Positions 8,904 through 17,451 of a stretch of 64,000 bases of DNA are shown here, piece by piece. Numbering within the stretch: the first letter of the stretch is position 1; each line of letters begins with the position of its first letter. The notes under the pieces were generated by a model that searched no databases, had not been told where the DNA came from, and saw only the letters and a program-made list of their open reading frames with translations. Source of the DNA: Verrucomicrobiales bacterium (GTDB lineage: Bacteria; Verrucomicrobiota; Verrucomicrobiia; Verrucomicrobiales; V1-33); assembly GCA_031411295.1 (NCBI GenBank), contig JANOAV010000028.1, forward strand, positions 37,384 to 101,383, in the 5' to 3' direction. Position numbers and translations under genes: made by a program.

Positions 8904-11486
8904 TTAGCGCAGGACGTTGAATTCCGCAGAGGTGACGAAGAGGTTGATGAGTAATTTTAGTCGCTCCCGATGCCAGTTGTAGCTGGTGAGCGGGGGCTTG
9001 ATGCGGTCCACGGATTCGCGAATGATTTGGAATTGCCTTGGACTGAGCGTGCCTCCCAGCAGGGCTAGATCGAGCCGGCGGATGAGTGGATCCGCATCAT
9101 AGAGACCAGCCACCGCCGGGCCGGTGGAGTTAATTTGCGCGGCTGGAACGACCATTCCCAGCTCTGGGTCCAGATTGAGTTTCACGGCATATTGGGCGTC
9201 ACCATGGCCCCAGCGATGCAGGTCACTGCCGCCGCAAACATTGTAAAAATAATTGGCTCCTGTGATCGCGGAGCTGGCGTTTAACAACTGAAACTCCGGA
9301 GCCACTAATCCCTGCTGCGTCAATGGCCCTGGCGGGCTGTGCCCAGGCAGGAAAAAGTTGAACACACTGGGCGAGTTCATGGGATCCTGCATGTGATCCA
9401 GCACGAATTGATCCACGGTGTATAACCCCGAGGGCGAGCTGGCGTTGAAGGCTTTGGCGAGATTGACCACCCGCAACAACGGTTCGCGAAGTTTACCAAA
9501 CGTCGGCAACTCCATCATGGCAGGGTCACGCGCTTCGGAGTCCATGAGGATGGCTTTGATCACGGCCTTGAGATCACCACGCACGTTGCTGCCATTGTTA
9601 TTAAATACGGTGGCCACGCGGGAAATGTAGCCGGGGCTGGGATTCGAGGTGATGAAACGTTGGATGAGCCGGATGGCAATGAATGGACCAACGTTGGGAT
9701 GATTGAAAAGATTCATCACGGCCGCATCCACATCGGCTAGTCCGGCCGTGCCGGTATTGCCCGCGCTGGCAACGCGGGCTGGCAGTTGCAAGCCTTGAAG
9801 CAGTGATTTTGCCCCCAGATCATGGACGGCATCCCAGCATTTCATCGGCTGAAGATGATCTCCGTAAGCCAGATTGTTGGCGTTGAAGTTCGTGCTGTCG
9901 CCCCAGGTAAATCCCGTGAAGACGCGGGCCAGTTCCGTGATGTCCGTGTTGCTATAGGTGGGAATGAAACGCCCCTGGGCATCCAATTTCCGGCTGCCGT
10001 CCAGGTTCAATTCCCAGAGCCCGATGGACAACAACTGCATGATCTCACGGGCGAAATTTTCATCCGGATGAAGGTTCAGGGTCGCGTTGGCTTTTTGATT
10101 TCCCAAATGACTCAAATACACGCCCATGACGGGATGCAGGGCTACGGCCTTCAGCAAGGTGCCGTAATTTCCAAAGGCCTGGGTTTCAAAGAGATCGTAA
10201 AATTGAGCCATGCCTTCCGGGTAAACGGCAAGAGATTCTGGTCGATCCGACACCACCAGTATTTCGCTCAAGGCAAAGGCCATGCGCTGCCGCAAGGGGT
10301 CCGGGAGCTGCGTGGTGGCCGCATCAGGACGAAGTTTGGGGACTCCCATCACGCGATTCCACCAAGCGTGCTCCTTGTAGTTGCCGTAGATGCCCATGGG
10401 ATTCGCGAAGGTCACGGCCCAGTTAGTATAAGGCTGAATGTAGCCGATGGGGCGCGTAAATTGGTCTTCGATCCAGGCCTCAAAGCCCATAGACATTAAC
10501 TCTTCGACGTTCTCCGGAATGTCATCCGCATCGGCTGGACTGTCCTGATCCGGACCGAACGAGGCTTGGATCAGGAAGCGTGCGGCCGCCTTGGCACTGG
10601 GCAGGACGGAGGCATCGCCCAGGGTGGCCGTGGCGCTGCTGAGGGATCCCAACGTATAGCCAGCCCCCGGCAGGGCCGTGACGACAATGGACTCCGCCCC
10701 CTCGATGGCAGCATCATTGATGGGGGTTAGTTCCACCCATGTCTCACGGGCTCCCAGAGGCAGGTAAATCTGCGTTCCGGTGGTGTTCGTTGTATAGTCG
10801 GTATCGCGCGTGGCAGTGCCCGTGAAGGAAAGGTTGATCCACATGGGCTTCAGGCCACCACTCCGACGAATCGCGATAACGCCCTTGTCAGGCCAATCCT
10901 CGCGCATGTTCCCATCGATCAAGCCGAGAGTAATGGTGCTGGCAGCAGCCAGCCCAGTCGTCGCGCGGGCTTGGTCAGCATTGCTGTCGTTACGATCAGT
11001 GCGATTGAGCTTTGGATTGAATCCTAGTTTGATTTCATCCCAATCATTCAGCCCATCGCCATCGCTATCCACATCGCTGGCCCCAATTCGGAAAAAGAAG
11101 CGCGACTGATTTGTAATACTAAAGCTCTGATGCATCTGCCCGCCCTCGCCAGGCATATTTCCCAGCAGGGTAAAGTCATTCACCCCAAGCGCGGCCCCAC
11201 CGTAGATGCCGTAGCTCTTCCCCAACTCGCTCGGCCATTGCAGGGTGATGGAGCCGGGCAAATCCGTTCCCAAATTAAGCATGGGATGAGAGGTCGCATC
11301 CAGAGGATTCGTGCCTGCCAAGCTTTCGACGGCATTGGAATAGCCGTCGTTATCAGCATCGCCTGCTGCGGGAAGGTTGAGTGCTCCATACTGAAGCTCC
11401 CAGATATCGCTCTGTTGATTGGCGTTTTGATCAATGGCACAGGCGGTGGCGGCCAGGCCGATGGTTAGGAAGACTAGGGTTTTCAT
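8904..11486 (-). CDS. DUF1800 family protein with N-terminal DxDxDG module and Calx-beta domain
   Basis: Signal peptide; AARFLIQASFGP, DPLRQRMAFALSEILVVS, PDENFAREIMQL, GKLREPLLR; directly upstream of DUF1501. Confidence 0.9.
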   Translation of the reverse strand: MKTLVFLTIGLAATACAIDQNANQQSDIWELQYGALNLPAAGDADNDGYSNAVESLAGTNPLDATSHPMLNLGTDLPGSITLQWPSELGKSYGIYGGAALGVNDFTLLGNMPGEGGQMHQSFSITNQSRFFFRIGASDVDSDGDGLNDWDEIKLGFNPKLNRTDRNDSNADQARATTGLAAASTITLGLIDGNMREDWPDKGVIAIRRSGGLKPMWINLSFTGTATRDTDYTTNTTGTQIYLPLGARETWVELTPINDAAIEGAESIVVTALPGAGYTLGSLSSATATLGDASVLPSAKAAARFLIQASFGPDQDSPADADDIPENVEELMSMGFEAWIEDQFTRPIGYIQPYTNWAVTFANPMGIYGNYKEHAWWNRVMGVPKLRPDAATTQLPDPLRQRMAFALSEILVVSDRPESLAVYPEGMAQFYDLFETQAFGNYGTLLKAVALHPVMGVYLSHLGNQKANATLNLHPDENFAREIMQLLSIGLWELNLDGSRKLDAQGRFIPTYSNTDITELARVFTGFTWGDSTNFNANNLAYGDHLQPMKCWDAVHDLGAKSLLQGLQLPARVASAGNTGTAGLADVDAAVMNLFNHPNVGPFIAIRLIQRFITSNPSPGYISRVATVFNNNGSNVRGDLKAVIKAILMDSEARDPAMMELPTFGKLREPLLRVVNLAKAFNASSPSGLYTVDQFVLDHMQDPMNSPSVFNFFLPGHSPPGPLTQQGLVAPEFQLLNASSAITGANYFYNVCGGSDLHRWGHGDAQYAVKLNLDPELGMVVPAAQINSTGPAVAGLYDADPLIRRLDLALLGGTLSPRQFQIIRESVDRIKPPLTSYNWHRERLKLLINLFVTSAEFNVLR

Positions 11487-11669
11487 CGCGATAGATGGAA
11501 GAAATTATGGGATGATGCGGAATTAAACAAGGAAATTGGGAGCGGACAGCAAAGGCTACGACTGGTTCGGGCAACCGGCTATACCTCTTTGGATGTAGTG
11601 AACGAAGGAGCGAGGAAACATGGTCGCTGGGAAGGGTTGCAAGAATACTGGCCCCAAATGGTGGTTCGC

Positions 11670-14618
11670 TTAGTTGATGCTGAGACCTAAGCGAAGAAAT
11701 ACTCGAGTCTGATTCGTGCGCGTGAAGATGTGAGTGGTTCCGCTGCCGGTATCAGGCACGGAAGTCCAGTGCATCAAATCGGGGGAGGATTCCGCAGTAT
11801 AAGTAACGCCGGAAACGCCAGCGGGTTCGGTAAAACTATACCCCACGGTATTACCGGCTGTGAATGGTTGCGGCAGGGCTGCGCTGTCTGCTTTCTTGGG
11901 ATCCAAGGCGAAGGCGTATTCAATGACGTTGTTGAGGCCGTCGAGATCGGGATCGTCGAGCGCAGTGCCAATGCCGAGCGAATTGACCGTAAGTGGAAAT
12001 TGGCTTAAGCGCCAGGCGTCGAAGGGCTTCTCTGCCAGACTTACCGACGAAGAACTAAGGATGCCGAGAGCTCCGTTGACGGGATTGCTCAGCGTGATGG
12101 TGAAGGATTTATTCGCAGCGACGACGGGGTTTTGACCAAGTGAAATGGTAATGTTTTTCGAGGTGGTGTCGCCATCTAACCAAGTCAGGCTTCCGCTCGC
12201 GAACGTGTAATCGACTCCTGCCAAAGCGCTGCCGTTGACGGTGGTGTAGTTGACGCTAACTGGCCCGGTGCTGCCTCCGGTGCGGGCTACAGGGATCGTG
12301 ATGCTGAGGTTTGCTTTGGGAACAGTGTTCGATGCATTGGTGTGCTGCATGGTTCCAGGCGGATGAATGCCTTTCCAGAATTGCAGCAGGTCCCGCAGCG
12401 CGAGGGGTTTATTCGTGGGCACGGCATTGCCCGCCTGGTCGGTGGTGTTAAGGCCATGGCAAACCGCGCAGGTGCGGATCTCGCCTGGTTTAAAATTCAC
12501 CCAGAAACGTTCTTTGACCACACTCTTAGTGCCCGTGCCGTCCATGAGATGCCAGGACACCGCTCGATTCGCTGGAACGATGGCAGCGGTGGAGCCGTCG
12601 TCGGCAATTTTCACGGCCCCTGCGGGTGCACCGGCAGCGACTGGCATTTCTGCTGCGGTGTCATGCAGGGGAGTTGGCACCACGCGACGTCCTGGCAGCG
12701 GTGTTAGGGTATCGGTGGTCAGTCCGCGCAGGGCATCGGCCTGCATGATTTGCAGATAGCCAATGTCGTAAATTTTACCGGTGGCGCCCACCGTTTGTGT
12801 GGTGCTGGTGGGCCAGGCTACTTTCAAATTGAACGGCTGCTGCTTGTCGGCCTTATCGCGGCGGGTAACATTGCGACTGACGATCAAGGCCGCGTTTTGC
12901 GTCCGGAGGTATTTCTGAAACGTGGGAACGTCCACGCCTTCTTCAGTGAATACTTGGTTCTCAATCCCGGAGATGGTGCCCGCTGTCGTGGCGGGCTTAG
13001 TGCGACTGGTGACTTCCACTGGGTCCAGTTCCCACAGCGGCCCGGTATAAGTAATGGCATTGCCATTTTCAAACCAAGTCGCGCTGGTGGCGGTGGAACC
13101 AGCAGTCAAGTTAAGATCCGGGACCATGAAGCCGGAGACAAGCTTCATGCTCATGAGACGGAAATCGAAGTAACTCAGCGGGGCCGCTGCGGTGCCTTTG
13201 TTGGCATCGAAGCTCTTTACACTGGCTCTGATGACCGCCAGATTGCCATCGCTGAGCGGCAGCACATTGCGATAGAGATCCGTGGACGCAGCATTTTGCG
13301 CAGGAGGGATCGCTAGGTTGGCGGTAATTTTTGCTGAAACATAGGTGATCGCCATCGCACCGGGATTCACCGAGGGACCACCCAGGGTGCTGACGATTTG
13401 GCCACCGCCGTGGGTGCCGATGTCTGGCGCATCAATGCCGAAGTAAAGCCCCGGCTGGGTGGGTGACTCGATCACTTGATACATATTGTTTACCGTAGTG
13501 CGGGCGGGCGAACCCAAGCTCAGGCTCACGAGGTTGGGGTCATCCGTGAAGCTTGGCAGGAAGGACGTAAACAGCTCATGACGCCCCACATGGTTGAGCA
13601 TTTCATGCTCGCTGCCATCTTCGTTCGTCGACCAGAGCGTGAAGATATTGAGGGCGTTGCCATTGAGATTTCCCGCGGCCAGCAGGCTCGTTTTGTCGGC
13701 ATTGCGAGGTTCCGGATACACATCGTTGGTTCCAGTGGTGAATGCTGCGGCAGCACTCTCGTTGGCATAGTTGCCGCACCCATTCGTGGTTTGGGTCCAG
13801 GCATCACCATTGGCCACGATCGGCGGTTTATCGGTCAGCGCCATGACATCCCGAATGAGGTGGTCCCACTGCACGAAGAGCAAACGACCAAAGCTATCCA
13901 CAAATGGCGTATAAGCCCCCGATGGACAATGCACGAGCATCTTTAAATCGCCCCCACTCACCGTGGGATCAATGCTCCAAATGCCACTGTTGATTGGCTG
14001 CAAAAGGTATTCCTCCCGCTGCGGCCAGAGCTGCGCTTGACCATTGCGGGGCCGATCACTGGTAAAAATGATCCTCCCGTCCGTGGCGTAACTCGCGTGC
14101 AGATTGTCGTAGTTGATTGGCTGGTTGGGAACTTTAGCAATGACGGCTGGCGTGCCCGTAAGGACCAGGTCGAGATTCGTAACTTCGTAGAGTTGCCAAA
14201 AAAACGCGCTAGAATCAGCCGCCGAAGTAGGTGCGCCTACTACCATGCTGAAGACCGCGCGCGTAGCCGTCCAATTAACCTGCGGGCGCTGCACGGCAAT
14301 ACTGTTGGCGCCCTGCGCGCCTGTGACGTTGCCGCCACTGGAGTTCCCACTGCCAAATCCAGCCTCTTTGGTCAGATTCCGCAGCGTCCCATTGGCGAGT
14401 CGCAGCATAAGCGATCCTCCGCGACCAGCGCTGGAGGTGTCACCCAAAGGATTCTGAATAGGCGAGGCACACGACATGTGGACCAATTTGAAGTCCCGAT
14501 TATTGACCTCCTCCGGCCGCGGGATCTGGGTGACGTAAAGCAGGGGCTTCGTCGGATTGGCCGCAGGCAGGGCGTTGGCAAGGAGCAACAGAAGGAAGGT
14601 GAAATGAGCCGAATTCAT
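11670..14618 (-). CDS. Secreted HzsA (hydrazine synthase alpha)-related protein with heme c motif, Calx-beta and C-terminal DxDxDG module
   Basis: Signal peptide; propeller-like DGRIIFTSDR; VKIADDGS..AIVPA...FWVNFKPGEIRTCAVCH (CxxCH). Confidence 0.75.
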   Translation of the reverse strand: MNSAHFTFLLLLLANALPAANPTKPLLYVTQIPRPEEVNNRDFKLVHMSCASPIQNPLGDTSSAGRGGSLMLRLANGTLRNLTKEAGFGSGNSSGGNVTGAQGANSIAVQRPQVNWTATRAVFSMVVGAPTSAADSSAFFWQLYEVTNLDLVLTGTPAVIAKVPNQPINYDNLHASYATDGRIIFTSDRPRNGQAQLWPQREEYLLQPINSGIWSIDPTVSGGDLKMLVHCPSGAYTPFVDSFGRLLFVQWDHLIRDVMALTDKPPIVANGDAWTQTTNGCGNYANESAAAAFTTGTNDVYPEPRNADKTSLLAAGNLNGNALNIFTLWSTNEDGSEHEMLNHVGRHELFTSFLPSFTDDPNLVSLSLGSPARTTVNNMYQVIESPTQPGLYFGIDAPDIGTHGGGQIVSTLGGPSVNPGAMAITYVSAKITANLAIPPAQNAASTDLYRNVLPLSDGNLAVIRASVKSFDANKGTAAAPLSYFDFRLMSMKLVSGFMVPDLNLTAGSTATSATWFENGNAITYTGPLWELDPVEVTSRTKPATTAGTISGIENQVFTEEGVDVPTFQKYLRTQNAALIVSRNVTRRDKADKQQPFNLKVAWPTSTTQTVGATGKIYDIGYLQIMQADALRGLTTDTLTPLPGRRVVPTPLHDTAAEMPVAAGAPAGAVKIADDGSTAAIVPANRAVSWHLMDGTGTKSVVKERFWVNFKPGEIRTCAVCHGLNTTDQAGNAVPTNKPLALRDLLQFWKGIHPPGTMQHTNASNTVPKANLSITIPVARTGGSTGPVSVNYTTVNGSALAGVDYTFASGSLTWLDGDTTSKNITISLGQNPVVAANKSFTITLSNPVNGALGILSSSSVSLAEKPFDAWRLSQFPLTVNSLGIGTALDDPDLDGLNNVIEYAFALDPKKADSAALPQPFTAGNTVGYSFTEPAGVSGVTYTAESSPDLMHWTSVPDTGSGTTHIFTRTNQTRVFLRLGLSIN

Positions 14619-14652
14619 CTCGTTAATTTACAGTATTGCAGCATCAATGCAC

Positions 14653-14669
14653 TGTGCTTTTCACGCACA
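14653..14669. promoter_or_regulatory. TGTGC-N7-GCACA palindrome upstream of the HzsA-like gene
   Basis: TGTGC TTTTCAC GCACA, 34 bp before the start codon. Confidence 0.65.
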
Positions 14670-14730
14670 CCGATGAAAAAAAGTGCGCCCTCGTTTGCTG
14701 ATTTGACTCGGCGGGAGGGCGCGCTCGGGA

Positions 14731-16617
14731 CTATGGTGAAAGTGAGCCTTTGGACATCGTAATATTGGAAGAAAAGAACGTGTCGCTCCAGGGCCACCAT
14801 TGGCTGTTGGCAGTGCCGCCGCCCCAACCCATATTGCAGTCGATGTATTCCTCCCGCAGGAAGGCAGGGCCGTTGGCGGAGGCCTTGAACTCCCTAACTT
14901 TATAGCCAAAGACTAGTGCGTAGTGCCAGTATTCGCCTAACCCCACGACGGATGGATGATTCTGTTTAACCGCGTCCCGGCACTCATCAGGTCCACCGTC
15001 GAACGTGGAGAATAGCCCGGACCAACGCATTTTCCAACCCATGTTCAGGAAATGAAAGAGCCGCGCACCACCGGTGTAATCGAGGATTCCTTCTGCTTGA
15101 TTGCCTGGGGTGGTGGCACCTTCGTCACTGAATATAGTGCAGATGACATCGCAATAGTCGTGCAGTTTGTCCAACTCAGGAATTAGTTGTCCATTGAGTT
15201 GCCAGTCTTTCGTGCTCGGCGGAGCATCCACGGAAATAAAATTGCCGAATGCTGCCGGGACCCCGTGCCGTTCATACCATGCGGTCAACATGGCCCAAGC
15301 ATTGGGTCCGCAGCCGACGTAGGGGCACCAGTTAGGATTTTTCAGTTGGGTATAGTGCGGCGTTTCGGCATAGCCACCCGGAATCACATACGTCACCCAG
15401 GGTTGCCATCCGGGAACAAATGGCCCTAACGGATGAATACCGTTCGCGGCCTTGACTCCTGCCACCCCCGGGGCGGTTACCTGCACGATGACGGTGCGTG
15501 GAGCCCCAGCGATCATTCCAGTCAAAATCCCGTCGCCTAAGGCATCGGCCGTGATCAAAATCCCTCCAGTCGTCGGGCTCGAAAAATGGGCGATACCGGT
15601 TCGTCCAGCCGCATCGAAATGGAACTCGTCCACGGTCAAGCCAGCGAAGGCGGTGGCCGTAGCACCAATGTTTAATTGAATGACAGTGGGAAAACGCCCC
15701 TGCTCAACATCCCAACGAGCGCGGGCGCTGGTGGCTTTGCGCTGACGTAGTTTCACATAGACTGGGTTGGCCAAATAGTCGGCTTGCAGCGCTTCGTAGG
15801 TCGCGTAAAACGATGACAACACCGCTGGCAATAACGGACGTGTATCCTCCGCCCGCTCATCATTTCCCTCCCAAATTTTATCTGTCGTCAATGTCAGCGC
15901 CAAGGCAGGGTCCACCTTGAATGGGGCTGAGCCAAGGGTTGCGAGCACGTGGCCGGAATTATCTTCGGCCGTCATGAACGTGCCTCCAAAGGCGTAAACT
16001 TTCACCAGCTTGTTTTTCGCCAAACACTGCAGTTGTTCGACCTTGGTAAGTCCCTCGGTGGCCGAAGTTGTGACGGGGAGATCTCCTTCATGGAGCGAGA
16101 GGATAATGAAGCCAAGATCCTCATCACGACAATCATCCGGCCGATTCAGAAACGACCCGGGCAAACGCGACTTGGCGGCACGGGCCACTTTGAATTCCAA
16201 GTAAGCAGGAGTGCGCCCGCCATCCACCGCATAATCAAAAATAGGATGCACACAAGGCGCAATCTCCGCATCCCCTGGCCAACCCTCCGAGGTGGCACGC
16301 GAGGCATCCAGCCATGCTTGCGCACGCTGCGATAACGGCTTGGGGACATCCGCCAACAGGATGGGAGCACCCGCCTCCCCATTAGTTGTTTCGATTCTCG
16401 TGCGGAAAAACCGCCGGGTGTCGGTCATGGGGAGCAGCGGGTTTCCGTTAGCGTCCTTAGCCTGATGGTCTGGATTTTCCGTCACCCACGGCCCGGCAGG
16501 GCTTGGCGCGGACTCCAGGGTAATGCGCAGTTGGGCTGCGGTGAGAGGCGCTCCGATGAGGCTGAGCAGCGCCAGTCGGCACGCCGCACGCAGACTGTAA
16601 GAAAAATATCGGTTCAT
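14731..16617 (-). CDS. Secreted papain-fold cysteine protease, C10 (streptopain)-like, with probable prodomain
   Basis: Signal peptide; YTQ...GCGPNAWAML (Cys), WHYALVFGY (His), CNMGWGG (Asn); GFIILS...LPV prodomain-like segment. Confidence 0.7.
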   Translation of the reverse strand: MNRYFSYSLRAACRLALLSLIGAPLTAAQLRITLESAPSPAGPWVTENPDHQAKDANGNPLLPMTDTRRFFRTRIETTNGEAGAPILLADVPKPLSQRAQAWLDASRATSEGWPGDAEIAPCVHPIFDYAVDGGRTPAYLEFKVARAAKSRLPGSFLNRPDDCRDEDLGFIILSLHEGDLPVTTSATEGLTKVEQLQCLAKNKLVKVYAFGGTFMTAEDNSGHVLATLGSAPFKVDPALALTLTTDKIWEGNDERAEDTRPLLPAVLSSFYATYEALQADYLANPVYVKLRQRKATSARARWDVEQGRFPTVIQLNIGATATAFAGLTVDEFHFDAAGRTGIAHFSSPTTGGILITADALGDGILTGMIAGAPRTVIVQVTAPGVAGVKAANGIHPLGPFVPGWQPWVTYVIPGGYAETPHYTQLKNPNWCPYVGCGPNAWAMLTAWYERHGVPAAFGNFISVDAPPSTKDWQLNGQLIPELDKLHDYCDVICTIFSDEGATTPGNQAEGILDYTGGARLFHFLNMGWKMRWSGLFSTFDGGPDECRDAVKQNHPSVVGLGEYWHYALVFGYKVREFKASANGPAFLREEYIDCNMGWGGGTANSQWWPWSDTFFSSNITMSKGSLSP

Positions 16618-16721
16618 AGCTGGGATAGGTTGGCTTAGTTGATTGTGGTGGCTGTGACTGAGGTAACTGTTATTACATCAGGCATCGGCGCATCCTAAGG
16701 GCGATTGCCTCGTGGCGTCAG

Positions 16722-16758
16722 TGTGCCTTCCGCACACAGGGTGCGCTTTCCGCGCACA
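16722..16758. promoter_or_regulatory. Tandem TGTGC-N7-GCACA-like palindromes upstream of the protease gene
   Basis: TGTGC CTTCCGC ACACA GGG TGCGC TTTCCGC GCACA. Confidence 0.65.
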
Positions 16759-16776
16759 CCCCGAGCATCCCAAGGA

Positions 16777-17439
16777 TCATGACTCTTCCGCCAGACCTTC
16801 CTGATAGACAGAAGCATCCAACTGCCCCCGATGGATGATTTCCCTAACATCCCTAATAATGGTCTTCCGGGAGACGCGATACTGCCGGGCAAACTGAGAA
16901 ATGTTGAGCGCATCACCACTCAATCGGAGCGTCTTCAGCATGTCATACTGGCGTGCGAGACGTTCGGTGAAACGACGGTCCGGTTCGTCTCCATCCACTT
17001 TATCCAAGCGCTCCAGCGCTTGCAACCAGGCCACGACCTCGCCCATGCCGCACTCGGTTAAAGCAATTTCGATGGTTCGCTCGAGTTCATCCAGATCGAC
17101 CGGTTTTTCCAATGCATAGTGCGCGGAACGCGGTCCGCTCAGAGCCGCCAACTGTTGTTTCACATTTAACGAACCACTGATCACAATCACTGGGACGTGG
17201 GCGGCCACGGTCTTGAGACGCGGAAGGAAATCCAGTCCGCGTTCACTCCCTTCAAGAATATGATCAAGGATGATGAGATCCGGCATGCTTTCAGTAATGC
17301 GCTGCAAGGCATCAGCTGAATTGGATGCCGTGGTGAGGCGATATTCCCGCAGAGCTTTCGCATAGAGACCGAGTTGCCGCGGATCATCTTCGATGATGAG
17401 GATGGAGGCGGTGTTGAGAAAGGATGACGTTTGGGACAT
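16777..17439 (-). CDS. Response regulator, REC plus C-terminal HTH (DeoR/HTH_11-like)
   Basis: ILIIEDD, DLIILD, ISG, EKPV receiver motifs; LNISQFARQYRVSRKTIIRDV HTH. Confidence 0.85.
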   Translation of the reverse strand: MSQTSSFLNTASILIIEDDPRQLGLYAKALREYRLTTASNSADALQRITESMPDLIILDHILEGSERGLDFLPRLKTVAAHVPVIVISGSLNVKQQLAALSGPRSAHYALEKPVDLDELERTIEIALTECGMGEVVAWLQALERLDKVDGDEPDRRFTERLARQYDMLKTLRLSGDALNISQFARQYRVSRKTIIRDVREIIHRGQLDASVYQEGLAEES

Positions 17440-17451
17440 GGTTTGCGATAG

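Noticed and set aside
11670..14618. Anammox hydrazine synthase
   Set aside because: No hzsB/hzsC; HZS-alpha-like domains are widespread in non-anammox bacteria.
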